A stretch of DNA of 64,000 nt, taken from the NCBI GenBank assembly GCA_951406725.2, contig OX597820.1, forward strand, positions 46,004,001 through 46,068,000, given 5' to 3'. The DNA is from Octopus vulgaris (lineage: Eukaryota). A program made the translations under genes and the position numbers. A model generated the notes under the pieces. That model had not been told where the DNA came from. It searched no databases and worked only from the letters and a program-made list of their open reading frames with translations. Shown here piece after piece: positions 44,104 to 58,000 of this stretch (positions are counted from its first letter, which is position 1; each line of letters starts with the position of its first letter).

Positions 44104-44883
44104 GTCTAGAACAACGTTAAATGAGGTGTTTTGCCAAAGAGCACAACGCACCACCCGGTCCAGTAATCGAAACCACAATCTTACGTTCATGAGTGTAACA
44201 CCCTCACCTACTAAGCAACGTGTTTCCGATAATGAAACTTCTCTATATATATTACTTATACACAGACATACACTCACCTTCCCCAAATAAATATATATGC
44301 ATATGTAGCATAAATATATGTATATGAATGTGCGTATGTGTATATATATGTATATATATATATGTGTGTGTGTGTATGTATGTATAAATTATGTGCGCGC
44401 ACAAACACGCACACGCATTAACTATTTTATTCATTACTTAAGAAAAAATAAAACATTGAAACTCGAAGCCGAAGCCACTTGGTAAGAGAGAACAGCTTAA
44501 GTTAATATAAATAAATATACAATATTCTACTAAGTTATTTACTACTACGGGAGTCAATAGTAAAGTTGCAAGTTGATATTTTGAGTTATTTTTCGAAAAA
44601 AAACAAAAAAACCCATACTCCGATTTTTATTACACTCACGCACGTACACACACACACGTTTATATGTAATGTAAGAATAACAAGCAGAGACTCATTGTGA
44701 AGCCATAACAACCCATGCCAATGTTTGAAAGACACAGTTGTACAATTAGTGTGTACAGTACCATTCTTGCTATACAAATAAGCATTTAGCTAAAAGGACA
44801 CTGATTGGCAGTCTTTCACTGCGGAACAAAAACACTACTGGGTGATGGAACAGTAATTCCCTTCATACACACACGCACGCACG

Positions 44884-45450
<567 letters not shown>

Positions 45451-45598
45451 AAAGAATACCTAAATATATATGCATAAATATAAATATATACATACAAATA
45501 TAAATTTATATATATATAATACGTATATGCATATATGTGTATGTAGTGTGTATATATATATATGTTTATATATATATATATATACACACACATATATA

Positions 45599-45652
<54 letters not shown>

Positions 45653-45654
<2 letters not shown>

Positions 45655-46906
45655 AGGGTTAGACAAAATAATGGAAACGCCTTAAGATTTCAAGCAAATT
45701 AATTTTTATGTGGGATAGGACCGCCTTTGGCAGTAATTACAGCTTGAATTCTACGAGGAATCGACTCATACAAAGTTTGAATTGTTTCCAAAGGAATTTC
45801 TGTCCATTCTTCAGCTAAAACAATTTCCAGTTCTTGTAGTGATGATGGTGGAGGATATCGACTCCTTACTTGTTTTTCTAAAATGCACCATAAATGTTCA
45901 ATAATATTGAGATCTGGGGATTGTGGTGGCCAGATAAGATATTCAACTTCACTAGAATGTTCCTCGTGCTATTCAGTGACAACTTTAGCTGTGTGAATTT
46001 GGTGCATTATCATATTGAAAGATTGCGTTTCCCTCCGGAAACAGTTCCGCAACCATAGGATGAATTTGATCAGATAAAATGATTAGTCTTGACTATTAAT
46101 TCTGCCATGAAGGGAAACCATTGGGCCAGCGGATTTCCAAGATATAGCCCCCAACAGATCATCACGGATCCTCCTCCTTGTTTAACAGTTGGAAGAAGGC
46201 AGTCTGGGTCAAATGCTTCTTTTGGCTGTCTCCGCATGTATACTCGGCTGGTGGTCGGAAATAAGGTAAAGGATGATTCGTCGGAGAAAATAACATTCTT
46301 CCACTGCTCTAGGGATCAATCCTGTAGATTTTTTTTACTCCACTTTAAACGCTTGGCAACGTTTGCTTTTGAAAGTAGAGGTTTTCTGATTGCAGCCCTC
46401 CCGTGAAATCCGGTTTTGTGCAGGTTCCGGCAAACAGATTTTGTGGAAACTGTGTCCTCGAGGTGGTCATTAAACTGTGCAGTAATTTTGGAAGCTGTAT
46501 TTTTGTGACACGTTCTAACAATTCCGACTGTCACTATCTGAAAATTTTGGCTTTCTTCCGGAGTTTTGTTTCGACAAGGAGGCTTTTCCCTCTTTCTCAA
46601 ATGCTATCACTTTCGGGACGGTACATCTTGATACACAAAACATTTCGGCTGTTTTCGTTACACTAATAATGCCTGCCATATTAGCACTAACAATTTGACC
46701 TCTTTGAAAGTCTGATAGATCTGTCATTTTAATGGATTTTAATAACTTTTTTTTGATGATATGTGAAAAGAAACAGCAATATTAGCAAAACATTAAGCAA
46801 CACTAATAATAAATAAAAAAAAAACAAAAATAACAAGCATTTGATGATTTTATAGATATTTCAAAATTATGATGGTAGGTGTTTCCATTATTTTGTCCAG
46901 TACCTG
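45653..46906 (-). mobile_element. Full-length Tc1 element with disrupted DD34E-type transposase
   Basis: TIRs CAAGGGTTAGACAAAATAATGGAAACGCC / GGTGTTTCCATTATTTTGTCCAGTACCTG in (TA)n; minus strand MTDLSDFQRGQIV..RKPLLS..WKNVIFSDES..GGGSVM..DNAP..WPPQSPDLNIIEHLW; frameshifts and a stop. Confidence 0.95.
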
Positions 46907-46927
46907 TATATATACATATATACATAC

Positions 46928-47005
<78 letters not shown>

Positions 47006-47010
<5 letters not shown>

Positions 47011-47119
47011 GAAATGAAGAAAATGCTGACAAATAATTGAAGTAATTTAAGTAATTTAATTCTAATTAAATTACTTAAATTACTTCAATTATTTGTCAGC
47101 ATTTTCTTCATTTCCTTTT
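47006..47119. repeat. Perfect palindrome (56 bp arms, 2 nt spacer)
   Basis: 47006-47061 is the exact reverse complement of 47064-47119; spacer CT; (TA)n on the left. Confidence 0.97.
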
Positions 47120-47156
47120 TTATATATCACCACTCGTGTTCGACATCTCCTTTTTT

Positions 47157-47201
<45 letters not shown>

Positions 47202-47453
47202 GTATGTGTGTATAAATTCAGAATGATGTCTTGTTCTGCATCCCAGTTATGTACTTATTCCTCGTTGAAAAGTAGCCAATCAAAATCCTTCAGTTAATTA
47301 AATGTTTAATTATATCGCCAGAGTGGTGCCATGCGTACCAACGGTACGTTGTCACTTCAACCATTTGTATTGAGTGTCATTAATTTACTATTGCGCTATA
47401 CTTCCTTTCTCCTGTAACTTTGTTCTATATTACATTTCCTGACCTCTTCACAC

Positions 47454-47492
<39 letters not shown>

Positions 47493-47878
47493 CATGTATG
47501 TATATTAATATTTATTTTTGTATCAAGTCAAAATAAAAACAATTCTGCGTTAAACTGAAGGGTGACTAAATAATTTTCTTAAAGTGCATATTCATTATAT
47601 TTTTAAGTAGCCTAGTGGTGATAGTGACTTCGACGTTTCGGGGTTTGCTAGATTTCGTCGGACATTCTACCGTCGTAGTCTCTAACACAGCTCCTCTTGT
47701 AAAAGTTTAATTACTATATAGTCTTCAAAATGTAAGTAAACTAAGTAGTTCTTCAATTTAATATAAAACTGTACTTAATATATAACTCACATAAAAACAT
47801 ACATACACGCCCCCATATATATATGTAACATAAAATATAAATATATACATATATATGTATATATATATACATATATAT

Positions 47879-47968
<90 letters not shown>

Positions 47969-47972
<4 letters not shown>

Positions 47973-48128
47973 AGAGTTTACGAAAAAAACAAAAACAGAA
48001 GACGAAGACAGGTGGTGTACAAAACAAACAGATGTATTAGTATAACGCTCAGGAATAGAAAATGTCTTTTACGTTTCAAGCCTCCGCTCTTCTACAGAAA
48101 GGGACACAGAAAAAACAAGGAGAGAAAA
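47969..48128 (-). mobile_element. Hammerhead-bearing element, family P2
   Basis: Minus strand CTTT-CTGTAGA-A-GAGC-GGAG-GCTT-GAAA-CG-TA-AAAG (48066-48101) with perfect stem I CTTT/AAAG; ends in (TA)n. Confidence 0.7.
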
Positions 48129-48617
48129 TGTATGTATGTACGTATGTATGTATGTATGTATGTATGTATGTATGTATGTATGCGTGTATATATGTAATTA
48201 TTAGGACTTTGGGTATATGTCTAGTACTATGCTGATTAGTGCACTTTCACCGGTTAGGCTACCTGATGTCATCCACAGTTAAGATATAATTGTCAGTGTT
48301 CGTTGAGTTAATAATGAATGAGAGAAATGGAAAATGGATTTAGCAAGAAACTTTATTTTTAGCAAGAATCTTTATCACATATATATATATATATAAAGAG
48401 TAGAAATTAATATTATTAAATAATATCAATTTCAACTAGTGGTCAGCATACTTTAAAATACCCGAGGACCGTGAATCTTATTTAGACATAAACAGTATGA
48501 GAGATCTCTATATGGATCCTTGTATACTAAAAATAGACGTCAATCCGTCTTGCCACTTAGTCTGTGCTCTCCATATCGTGATCTCTCAGATTGTTTCTGT
48601 TTAAAACACACACACAC

Positions 48618-48676
<59 letters not shown>

Positions 48677-48711
48677 TATATATATATATATGTATGTATG
48701 TATATATATAT

Positions 48712-48751
<40 letters not shown>

Positions 48752-49167
48752 TTATATATATATATATATATATTTAGATGCACACACACACACACACACA
48801 CACCTAAACCAGGTAGAATGTGGAGTTAGATCGCAGAGATAATACCAATATTTTAAATAACTAAATTTAATCAATGAACTTTTATTAATCAAATTTTGCT
48901 AGTAAAATTCATTAAATTTGTTAAATATAGAGCGCAGTGTTGATTGAATCTGATTTTTATTCGTATAGCGACAACTCTAGATACGTTTTGGTTTTATTAA
49001 TTCTCATCAGCAAAGCACATTCATTAACGCAGCTCTCAAAATAACCAAGCAAATAGAATTTTTTTTCATATTGTAAACGAGCAGTGAGTAGTGCTGTAAC
49101 GAAAAATGATTCAGGATGGATGCTGCACTGAAAGATAATAGTTAGGTACTTTCTATACGCGTGTGTT

Positions 49168-49222
<55 letters not shown>

Positions 49223-49604
49223 AAATGCATGCACATGCCACTTTTTCTACGTTCCGTTATCTTCCGTTAGCGCGTCTTCCATCACTCAAAGACTCAAACA
49301 CAAATCTTGCTTTTTGCTTTGTTCTCCAGCTTTGACATGCTTAGAGCAGATACAGTTTTACACGCACGCACGCGCGCGTACACATACACATACGGATTGT
49401 CAGAGATGAACAGTTGCGGTTAATGGCTTCTAATGAATAGTTATATTGTCATGATGTACTCCACCGCCATTGCAATGGGGGAGGGGTTCTTTTTTTTCTT
49501 CTCTCTTCTCCAGAGCGACTGTATGGCACCATCTTTAATGAAATATAAATATATCCCGTTTTTCAAAGAAAGAACATCCCTGTTCAATTCTAGCACAGGC
49601 ATAC

Positions 49605-49685
<81 letters not shown>

Positions 49686-50016
49686 AACCGCCTTTCCTTA
49701 TGATGTAATCAAATCATTCATCAATAAAAAAGGCATCTGAAACAGCTGTAATGAATCTTTAACCCATTTGTGTTCTTATTATACTTTTATACCCATATGT
49801 ACGTATTTGTGTGTATGTGTGTGTGTGTTCTTTTAATTTGTTTCAGTCGTTTGACTGCGGCGATGTTGTGCCGGAGCCCCGCCTTTTAGTCGAAGAAATT
49901 GACCCCAGGACATGTTCTTTGTAAGTCTAGCACTTATACTATCCGTCCCTTTTGCCGAACCGCTAAGTTACGGGGACGTAAACATACCAACATTAGTTGT
50001 CGAGACATAGAAATAC

Positions 50017-50076
<60 letters not shown>

Positions 50077-50080
50077 AATA

Positions 50081-50322
<242 letters not shown>

Positions 50323-50324
50323 TG

Positions 50325-50352
<28 letters not shown>

Positions 50353-50355
<3 letters not shown>

Positions 50356-50633
50356 TCCAGCGCTTTGCGCATTCTGCTACGCAATGATAGAAAGAGCTGA
50401 CATCGAAGGAGCAAAAAGCGACGTCGCTGCGAACGTTTAGCCGCCACAAGCCAGTTATTCGTGTGGTAGCTTTACTGACACCTCTCGGTAGGCGCATAGC
50501 TCGTTGTTGCTCGGAAATGATCGACAAGCATAGCTTTCTCGCTCCGTATTCGCTGAGCTTGCCTTGGGACACCTGCGTTACCTTCTGACAGACATATTGC
50601 CCCAGTCAAACTTCCCCACCGACACTGTTTTCG
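50353..50633 (-). pseudogene. 28S rRNA fragment (domain V region), diverged, with internal deletion
   Basis: Minus strand gtttgactggggc..gtaacgcaggtgtcc..gctcag; agaggtgtcag..ataactggcttgtggcgg..agcgacgtcgcttttt..ccttcgatgtc are conserved LSU motifs. Confidence 0.92.
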
Positions 50634-50867
50634 ATAGCTTAGCTGAAATATGTTTGTGACATATTTCAACTGTTAGAAGGCAAATACACTGCAGTTACCG
50701 TGGAGAATATATCTCTCTTATGGTAAAAATGTGTGAAAACACCGGTTTGTTCAGTATCGTCATCTATTAGGAATCCCAGAATCGGTGTTTCATGACATCG
50801 ATGTTTCAATGAGATGTACCTAAGAGTGGCAACGCTGAACGAACTTATAAAGCCATAGCTTTATGTA

Positions 50868-51163
50868 TCAGGTCATCCCATAAGTTCTGTCCAATTTTAC
50901 CTGTTTTAAAACTGAATGAAATTTAATAATATTTGGGAATGTCTAATGGAATTAAAAATTATGTTTATGCATTTGTGTACATTTAAACTAATTAAATATT
51001 ATTTTACACAATAATATAATTAAAATTTCTTTGATTAAAACCCTTTCTAACATGGAAGTATCCAAAGAGCATTTGAGGCACATAATGCTTTATGAGTACA
51101 AAAAAGGAAACTCTGCAGCCGAAACGATTCGAAACATACACTCAGTTTATGGGAAGGAAAGCC
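50868..51163 (+). mobile_element. Mariner 5' end (TIR plus transposase N-terminus)
   Basis: TA|TCAGGTCATCCCATAAGTTCTGTCC; ATG at ~51052 gives MEVSKEHLRHIMLYEYKKGNSAAETIRNIHSVYG (Mos1-type first HTH). Confidence 0.8.
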
Positions 51164-51829
51164 GTTTCTGGGGTTCATTCATCCGAGTAAAAAATGAATC
51201 TTAATATTCATTTTTAGAGAATGTCTCCTTCATTAGGGAAAAGGTGATATTTACGGTAGATATGCATTCAGTGCATTGCCAAGGTATGAGATAATTGCCA
51301 GCTTTTATAAAACAGATATACCTATGCAAATAATGGAAGTCTTTATAAGGGCTGATGGGAATAAAAATTACGTTACTGAATTTCTTGAAATTTATATTCG
51401 ACAATATATTTTTAAAGGTAATAGGATGTTAAGTTATGCAACGGAAAATTATTAAGGCAATTATTGAGTACATTCCAACTTATATAGTTTCATGAAAGTA
51501 GAGTAGTATATGTGATTACACGAATGAATAGCGTCGGAAAACTTAATATAGTAGAATTATGTAGGCGACAAACTTTGTGTAGGATTCTTTTATACACATT
51601 CTGCATCTACCCATAATGGTATTGTAGCGGGGTGGGGAGCTCATCTATAATAGACCAAGATAGTGTGTAATTCATGTTTTGTTATTTTAAATCATGTATG
51701 TATCTAGCTAGTGACGTTGAGATTTTCTATATCGTCTCTTAAAATCCATGGTGCTTCCCATATATACTCTTGCTTGATGTTTGTCATTTGCCACGCTGCA
51801 TTTATAAATTACGTTTTTACGGAAACAAA

Positions 51830-51916
<87 letters not shown>

Positions 51917-51948
51917 TTGTCTGTCTGTCTGTCTGTCTAGCTATCTAA

Positions 51949-51999
<51 letters not shown>

Positions 52000-52067
52000 C
52001 ATACATACATACATACATACATACATACATACATACATACATACATACATGCACACACACATATATA

Positions 52068-52271
52068 TGCGACCGCGTGAGTATCGTTGGCGATTTTCTT
52101 TCTCTGTCTTCCCTTCCTTGGACCTTTCCTTTTTCTATGTTTCTGACAAAGAGCTCCGCTCGAAATGTTAAATCCTCCTTCTTTCTTTCCTTTCTGAGCG
52201 TCCAATAACACTATACTTGTTCCACGTCCTCGCGTTTTTGTGTTTTCTCTTTGTTCATGTTTGGATCAATT
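52068..52271 (+). mobile_element. Hammerhead-bearing element, family P1
   Basis: GTTT-CTGACAA-A-GAGC-TCC-GCTC-GAAA-TG-TT-AAAT (52139-52173); ends in (TA)n. Confidence 0.7.
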
Positions 52272-53281
52272 ATATATATATATATGTATATATATAACCC
52301 GTGGTTGTCTCGTATAACACAATACGATTTGTTTTAGCCTTTTGCATATTCACCAAATTTTTTTTCTTTTGTAGTCTATTGATTCAAATTCTCTCAAAAT
52401 TCGACTTCATATTATAAAGAATATATAATTTATTATTACATACTCCATTATATTAAGTCGGCAAAGATGAAAATATTCGTAAGAGAAAAGTGCAGTTTCT
52501 TGAAGCTGTCGAAAAAGAGGATTTATACGTAATTATGGTATTGAACTTGGGAAAAGGTGAATGGAGAGCAGATATCGGTTTGGTTTAGTCATACAAATGC
52601 TCAATGAAATGGAATGAAACTAAACGATAAATTATTGAAGTTCAGCTCATCATATTCAATTAACGTTATGAAATTATTATCATACTAAATATTAAAATTC
52701 AATATACTAAGTTAATTATACAACGATCCTTAGTGCAATAATTATATACTAAATACTGTAGGGGGTTAAGACCAACAGATTGCACACTAATGCCTTGCCA
52801 GTTAATCGTCCTTGTGTAATTATATTAAAAATATTAGTAATTATATTAGGTTAAAGGTAATTTGCGGTAAAGTATAAGCTTGAACTTTCATAAATGCCTG
52901 TGTGAGTGAGTGAGTGAGTGTGTGTGTGTGTGTGTGTGTGCGTGTGTGTGTGTGTATGTGTATGTGTGTGTGCCTGTGTTTGTGTGTGTGTATGCGTATA
53001 TGTGTTTGTGTGAGTTTGGATGTTCGTGTATGTGTGTCTGTGTTTTTGTGTTTGCGTTTGGAGATGATATCCGATTAACTGCATTTCCCTGTCGTACCTT
53101 AATTGGGAGTCACTCATTAATTGCGGTGTAAGCTAAATCACATTTTGTTGTTGCAGTTGTTGTTGTTGTTGTTGAGTTTGTTGTTAACGTTGTTGCTGCT
53201 GCTGCAGTTTCATATCAGGTCAGCTCCTGTTCACCAAAATCTATGACGAACAGCAACTTACCAATGACTAAACTGTTTATT

Positions 53282-53441
53282 GGCGTAGCATAGCTTTGTG
53301 GTAACAAGTTTCATTCCCAGTCATATAGATCTGGGTCCAGTCCCACCGCGTGACCCCTTGGACAAGTGTTTTCTACAATAGACTCGGGTTGACCAAAACA
53401 TTTTGAGTGGATTTGGTTGGCGGAAACTGAGAAGCCCATCG
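53282..53441 (+). mobile_element. SINE family A head followed by (TATC)n
   Basis: ggcgtagcatagctttgtggtaac...cggaaactgagaagcccatcg. Confidence 0.75.
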
Positions 53442-53632
<191 letters not shown>

Positions 53633-53637
53633 ATATA

Positions 53638-53716
53638 TTGGAATTTATAAAACAAAACAAAACAAAAGACGAAGACGGGTGTGTAAACAACAAACAGACG
53701 TATTAGTTTAGCGCTC
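53638..53716 (-). mobile_element. Truncated family P2 element (terminal part only)
   Basis: aaaagacgaagacgggtgtgtaaacaacaaacagacgtattagtttagcgctc matches the other P2 copies. Confidence 0.7.
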
Positions 53717-53740
53717 AAATATGTAATGCATATATATGCG

Positions 53741-53771
<31 letters not shown>

Positions 53772-53877
53772 GCATGTATATGCATATATAATGCATATAT
53801 ATAGGTGTATATATTATATATATCTATATCTATATATATATATATATATAATATTATATGTATATAATATATATGTG

Positions 53878-53914
<37 letters not shown>

Positions 53915-54610
53915 AATGTATGCATGCATGTATATATAATGCCTGTATGAATGTATGTATGTGTGTATGTATGTATATATGTATCCCCCCCACACACACA
54001 CGCACACATATATATCCACGTCCTTTAGTTTCACGGAATAGGGTGTGTGATTTAAGATTGATTTGGGTCCTTTTTTTAGTAGACTGATATCCCACATTGA
54101 GGCATTCTTGTTGGATTGTATTCCTATCTCTGCTGTAAACATTGTGTAAGACTTTGAGAGCAATACATTTATATAACACCTGCTTTGTCCAGCCATGGCT
54201 GTCAACAAATCCCGTGCTGAAATTTAAAGTCAATAACAGCTTGCACAACACAATTAAGACTCTCACCTACAATGCCGAGTAGTCCAGAAACAAACAAGAG
54301 CAAAGTTCCCGATTTCACACTAAGGCGAATGTTACTTCGAGATTCCCTTCTCCTAAAGAGATTTCTATACAAAAATTAGGGTTCTCTCACTCCCAGGTTT
54401 TGGTTGACCGTTGTCTCTACTGAGTTCATCTGTCTTTTGATTGGTTTTGTTGTTTTTCATCCCGTTCAATGTGCAACAAAAACGACCTCCCCTTACTAAG
54501 CAGACTTGGTATGGTTGCCAGTTTTGTCGCCGATGGACCGATCATGCAACTGGTTGTACGGTGTCACATGTTACCAGTAGGGCTATGAGTGACCTAACAT
54601 ATACATACAT

Positions 54611-54992
54611 GGAAGCACTCCGTCGGTTACGACGACGAGGGTTCCGGTTGATCCGAATCAACGGAACAGCCTGCTCGTGAAATTAACGTGTAAGTGGCTG
54701 AGCACTCCACAGACACGTGTACCCTTAACGTAGTTCTCGGGGATATTCAGCATGACACAGAGACTGACAAGGCCGGCCCTTTGAAATACAGGTACAACAG
54801 AAACAGGAAGTAAGAGTGAGAGAAAGTTGTGGTGAAAGAGTACAGCAGGGATCACCACCATCCCCTGCCGGAGCCTCGTGGAGCTTTAGGTGTTTTCGCT
54901 CAATAAACACTCACAACGCCCGGTCTGGGAATCGAAACCGCGATCCTATGACCGCGAGTCCGCTGCCCTAACCACTGGGCCATTGCGCCTCC
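54611..54992 (-). mobile_element. SINE family D, apparently full length, flanked by CATA repeats
   Basis: Minus strand tRNA-like head tggcccagtggttaggg...ggtttcgattccc; ~380 bp; second partial copy at 25066. Confidence 0.88.
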
Positions 54993-55057
54993 ACATACAT
55001 ACATACATACATACATACATACATACATACATACATACATACACGTATACACATATC

Positions 55058-55263
55058 TCTTTTACTCTTTTACTTGTTTCAGTCATTTGACTGTGGCCAT
55101 GCTGGAGCAACGCCTTTAGTCGAGCAAATCAACAACAGGACTTATTCTTTGGAAGCCTAGTACTTATTCTATCGGTCTTTTTTGCCTAACCGCTAAGTTA
55201 CGGGGACGTAAATACACCAACATCTGTTGTCAAGCCATATTGGAGGTGCAAACACAGACACGT

Positions 55264-55328
<65 letters not shown>

Positions 55329-55493
55329 CGTATACATATATACGACGGGCTTCTTTCAGTTTCCGTCTACCAAATCCACTCACAAGGCTTTGGCTGGCCC
55401 GAGGCTATAGCAGAAGACACTTGCCCAAGATGCCACGCAGTGGGACTGAACCCGGAACCATGCGATTGGTAAGCAAGCTACTTACCACACAGC
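55058..55493 (-). mobile_element. SINE family A lacking its first ~12 nt, fused to a 5S rRNA fragment
   Basis: Tail at 55058-55110; head starts gctgtgtggtaag at 55493. Confidence 0.9.
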
Positions 55494-55592
55494 ACCTAGG
55501 TTTCCCAAACGGTCACCTATCTAAGTACTGACTAGACTCGACGTTGCTTAACTTCGGTGATCGGACGAGAACCAGTGTTTTCAAAGTGATAT
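55489..55592 (-). pseudogene. 5S rRNA pseudogene (most of the gene, both ends clipped)
   Basis: Minus strand atatcactttgaaaacactggttctcgtccgatcaccgaagttaagcaacgtcgagtctagtcagtacttagataggtgaccgtttgggaaacctaggtgctgt follows invertebrate 5S rRNA, including the box A and box C regions. Confidence 0.93.
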
Positions 55593-56016
55593 ACACATCT
55601 ATTTATATATATGTATATATATATACTTAGATTTAAAAATTATATATATGTATGCGTAGGTGTATAAGTGTATGTATGTATGACGCCGAAATGTGACGGT
55701 CTATCTACATTCCACATCTTATATGTATGACTTTAAGACTAAATGTGTGTGTGTGTGTGTGTGTGTACATACAGACATACATACATTTCGAAATGTTATG
55801 TTATATGTACGTACATGTGTGTTTGTATGTATGTGTATGTGTACGTATGTATGTATGCGCGCGCGTATGTGTGTGTGTTTGTGCGTGCATGCGCGTGTAT
55901 AGGTAATCTGATAATCTGAAAACACGACTATTCATATATAATTACTGCGGTGACATTTTTTCTCTCTTTTCATCCTTTGATCTCTCCAAATTATACAGCT
56001 GTGCAATTCCATACAT

Positions 56017-56635
56017 ATTCTTTTCTACTCTAGGCACAAGGGGCGAAATTTTTTGCGGTGGGAGCCAGTTGATTAGATCGACCCCAGTACGCAACTGGTG
56101 CTTAATTTATCGACCCCGAAAGAATGAAAGGCAAAGTCGACTTCGGCAGAATTTGAACTCAGAACGTTAAGACAAACGAAATACTGCTAAGTATTTCGGC
56201 CGGCGTGCTAACGTTTCTTATTTCTTTATTGCCCACAAGGGGCTAAACATAGAGGGGACAAACAAGGACAGACAAAGGGATTAAGTCGATTACATCGACT
56301 CCACTGCGTAACTGGTACTTAATTTATCGACCCCGAAAGGGTTAAAGGTAAAGTCGATCTCGGAGGAATTTGAACTCAGAACGTAGCGGCAGACGAAATA
56401 CCTATTTCTTTACTACCCACAAAGGGCTAAACACAGAGAGGACAAACAAGGACAGACAAACGGATTAAGTTGATTATATCGACCCCAGTGCGTAACTGGT
56501 ACTTATTTAATCGACCCCGAAAGGATGAAAGGCAAAGTCGACCTCGGCGGAATTTGAACTCAGAACGTAACGGCAGACGAAATACCGCTAAGCATTTCGC
56601 CCGGCGTGCTATCGTTTCTGCCAGCTCGCTGCCTT
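56017..56635 (-). mobile_element. SINE family B trimer
   Basis: Three consecutive bodies; two end in the ccttgtttgtcc..ccttgtggg tail, the last in the cttgtgcctagagtagaaaagaat tail. Confidence 0.9.
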
Positions 56636-57236
56636 AAAGAAATAAAAATCTAATTGGTGACTAGTATTACTTTCTTTTTCGACATGTACGGGAGACAACT
56701 CATCACACGTTTCCCTTTCGTTTAAGTTCTGCGCAAAATAAAATTTAAAAAACAGTTGTACACTGAATTTCTGACGTGTTAGTTTTTTTTTTATCACTAA
56801 ATAAACTTATCAAAATTGTTTTCTAAAACACTGCAGCTCTTGAGTTTGGGTGGTCATCTTGCTCCGCAAACAAATAACAACATAACCGCCCAAAGTCAAA
56901 ATCTTCCGCGAGACAGCACTTTAAGTATGAATGTACTCATGATACAGACTGCAAAATGGATTCACTACAATATGATGCGTAGAATACCACTCATGAGTGA
57001 CAGTAGCAGGATGGGTCGAAACGATTATTGTACACAATAAAGACCAATACCAAATCCATCTTGTTGCATTAATTATCATCTCAACTAATACTGCGGGATT
57101 CCTGAAGTAGATCCAACGGAAATATACCCCAACAGCGGATGACCTTAGGTAGCCCAAGCCGTTCCAGTGCTTTGAAGTGCTTTGCTCTACATATCAACAC
57201 ACTAATTGGCATATACCTATTAGTCCAAAATATTAC

Positions 57237-57280
<44 letters not shown>

Positions 57281-57759
57281 TGGCGACTCCGGCGCTCGGA
57301 CCGTTCGGGCTTAGCCCGAGTATAAATTTAGTAAAGTGAGCATGTATTTGCAAGCCGATTTAATTTCTGCGAACACTGACTTCATGTAATTGTAGCCAAT
57401 AACTCGGGCTCCTTTTATTGAGCCTGGTCGTAGTTCATTTATTTTTGTTCAGCGTCTGACGGTCGTGTTAGAGGTGCCCTATGTCAAAAAATACCATTTG
57501 TAACAGAAGTTCTCCCATCACCGTTCACACGCGCCTGACTCGAGCTCAGAAGTTACATCCCGAGTTGTTATCCGTAATCATTAAAATTAAAAGTTATTAA
57601 AATTTTCTAGAAACAATAAATTTTCATAGAGCTTAGGATTTAAATTCCAATCTTTGAAAAGTTTCCGTTCTACAATATTCTTAAAGGAACGAAATATTAT
57701 CCAGTAACTCGGGCTAATATGAATGAGCCTGGTAGGTGTAAACGACTTACTGGCATTTC

Positions 57760-58000
57760 TTGAAATTCCGCCGAGGTTGACTTTGCCTTTCATCCTTTTC
57801 GGGGTTGACCACTGGGGCGATGTAATCGACTTACCTCTTACCTGAAAATATTTGTCCGGTGCCAAAAATTGAAACCCTTCTTGTACACATATTCAAGCCA
57901 GCGAACTGGCAGAATCGTTTGCACGCCGGGCAGAATGTTTTCGTCTGTATTCACGTTCTGAGTTCAAATTCCACCAAGTCAACTTCGCCTTTCATCCTTC
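57760..58000 (+). mobile_element. Two SINE family B fragments
   Basis: aaattccgccgaggttgactttgcctttcatcc; gcgaactggcagaatcgtt...gagttcaaattcc. Confidence 0.75.

Noticed and set aside
54015-54450. Possible LINE endonuclease remnant on minus
   Set aside because: Only vague motif resemblance.
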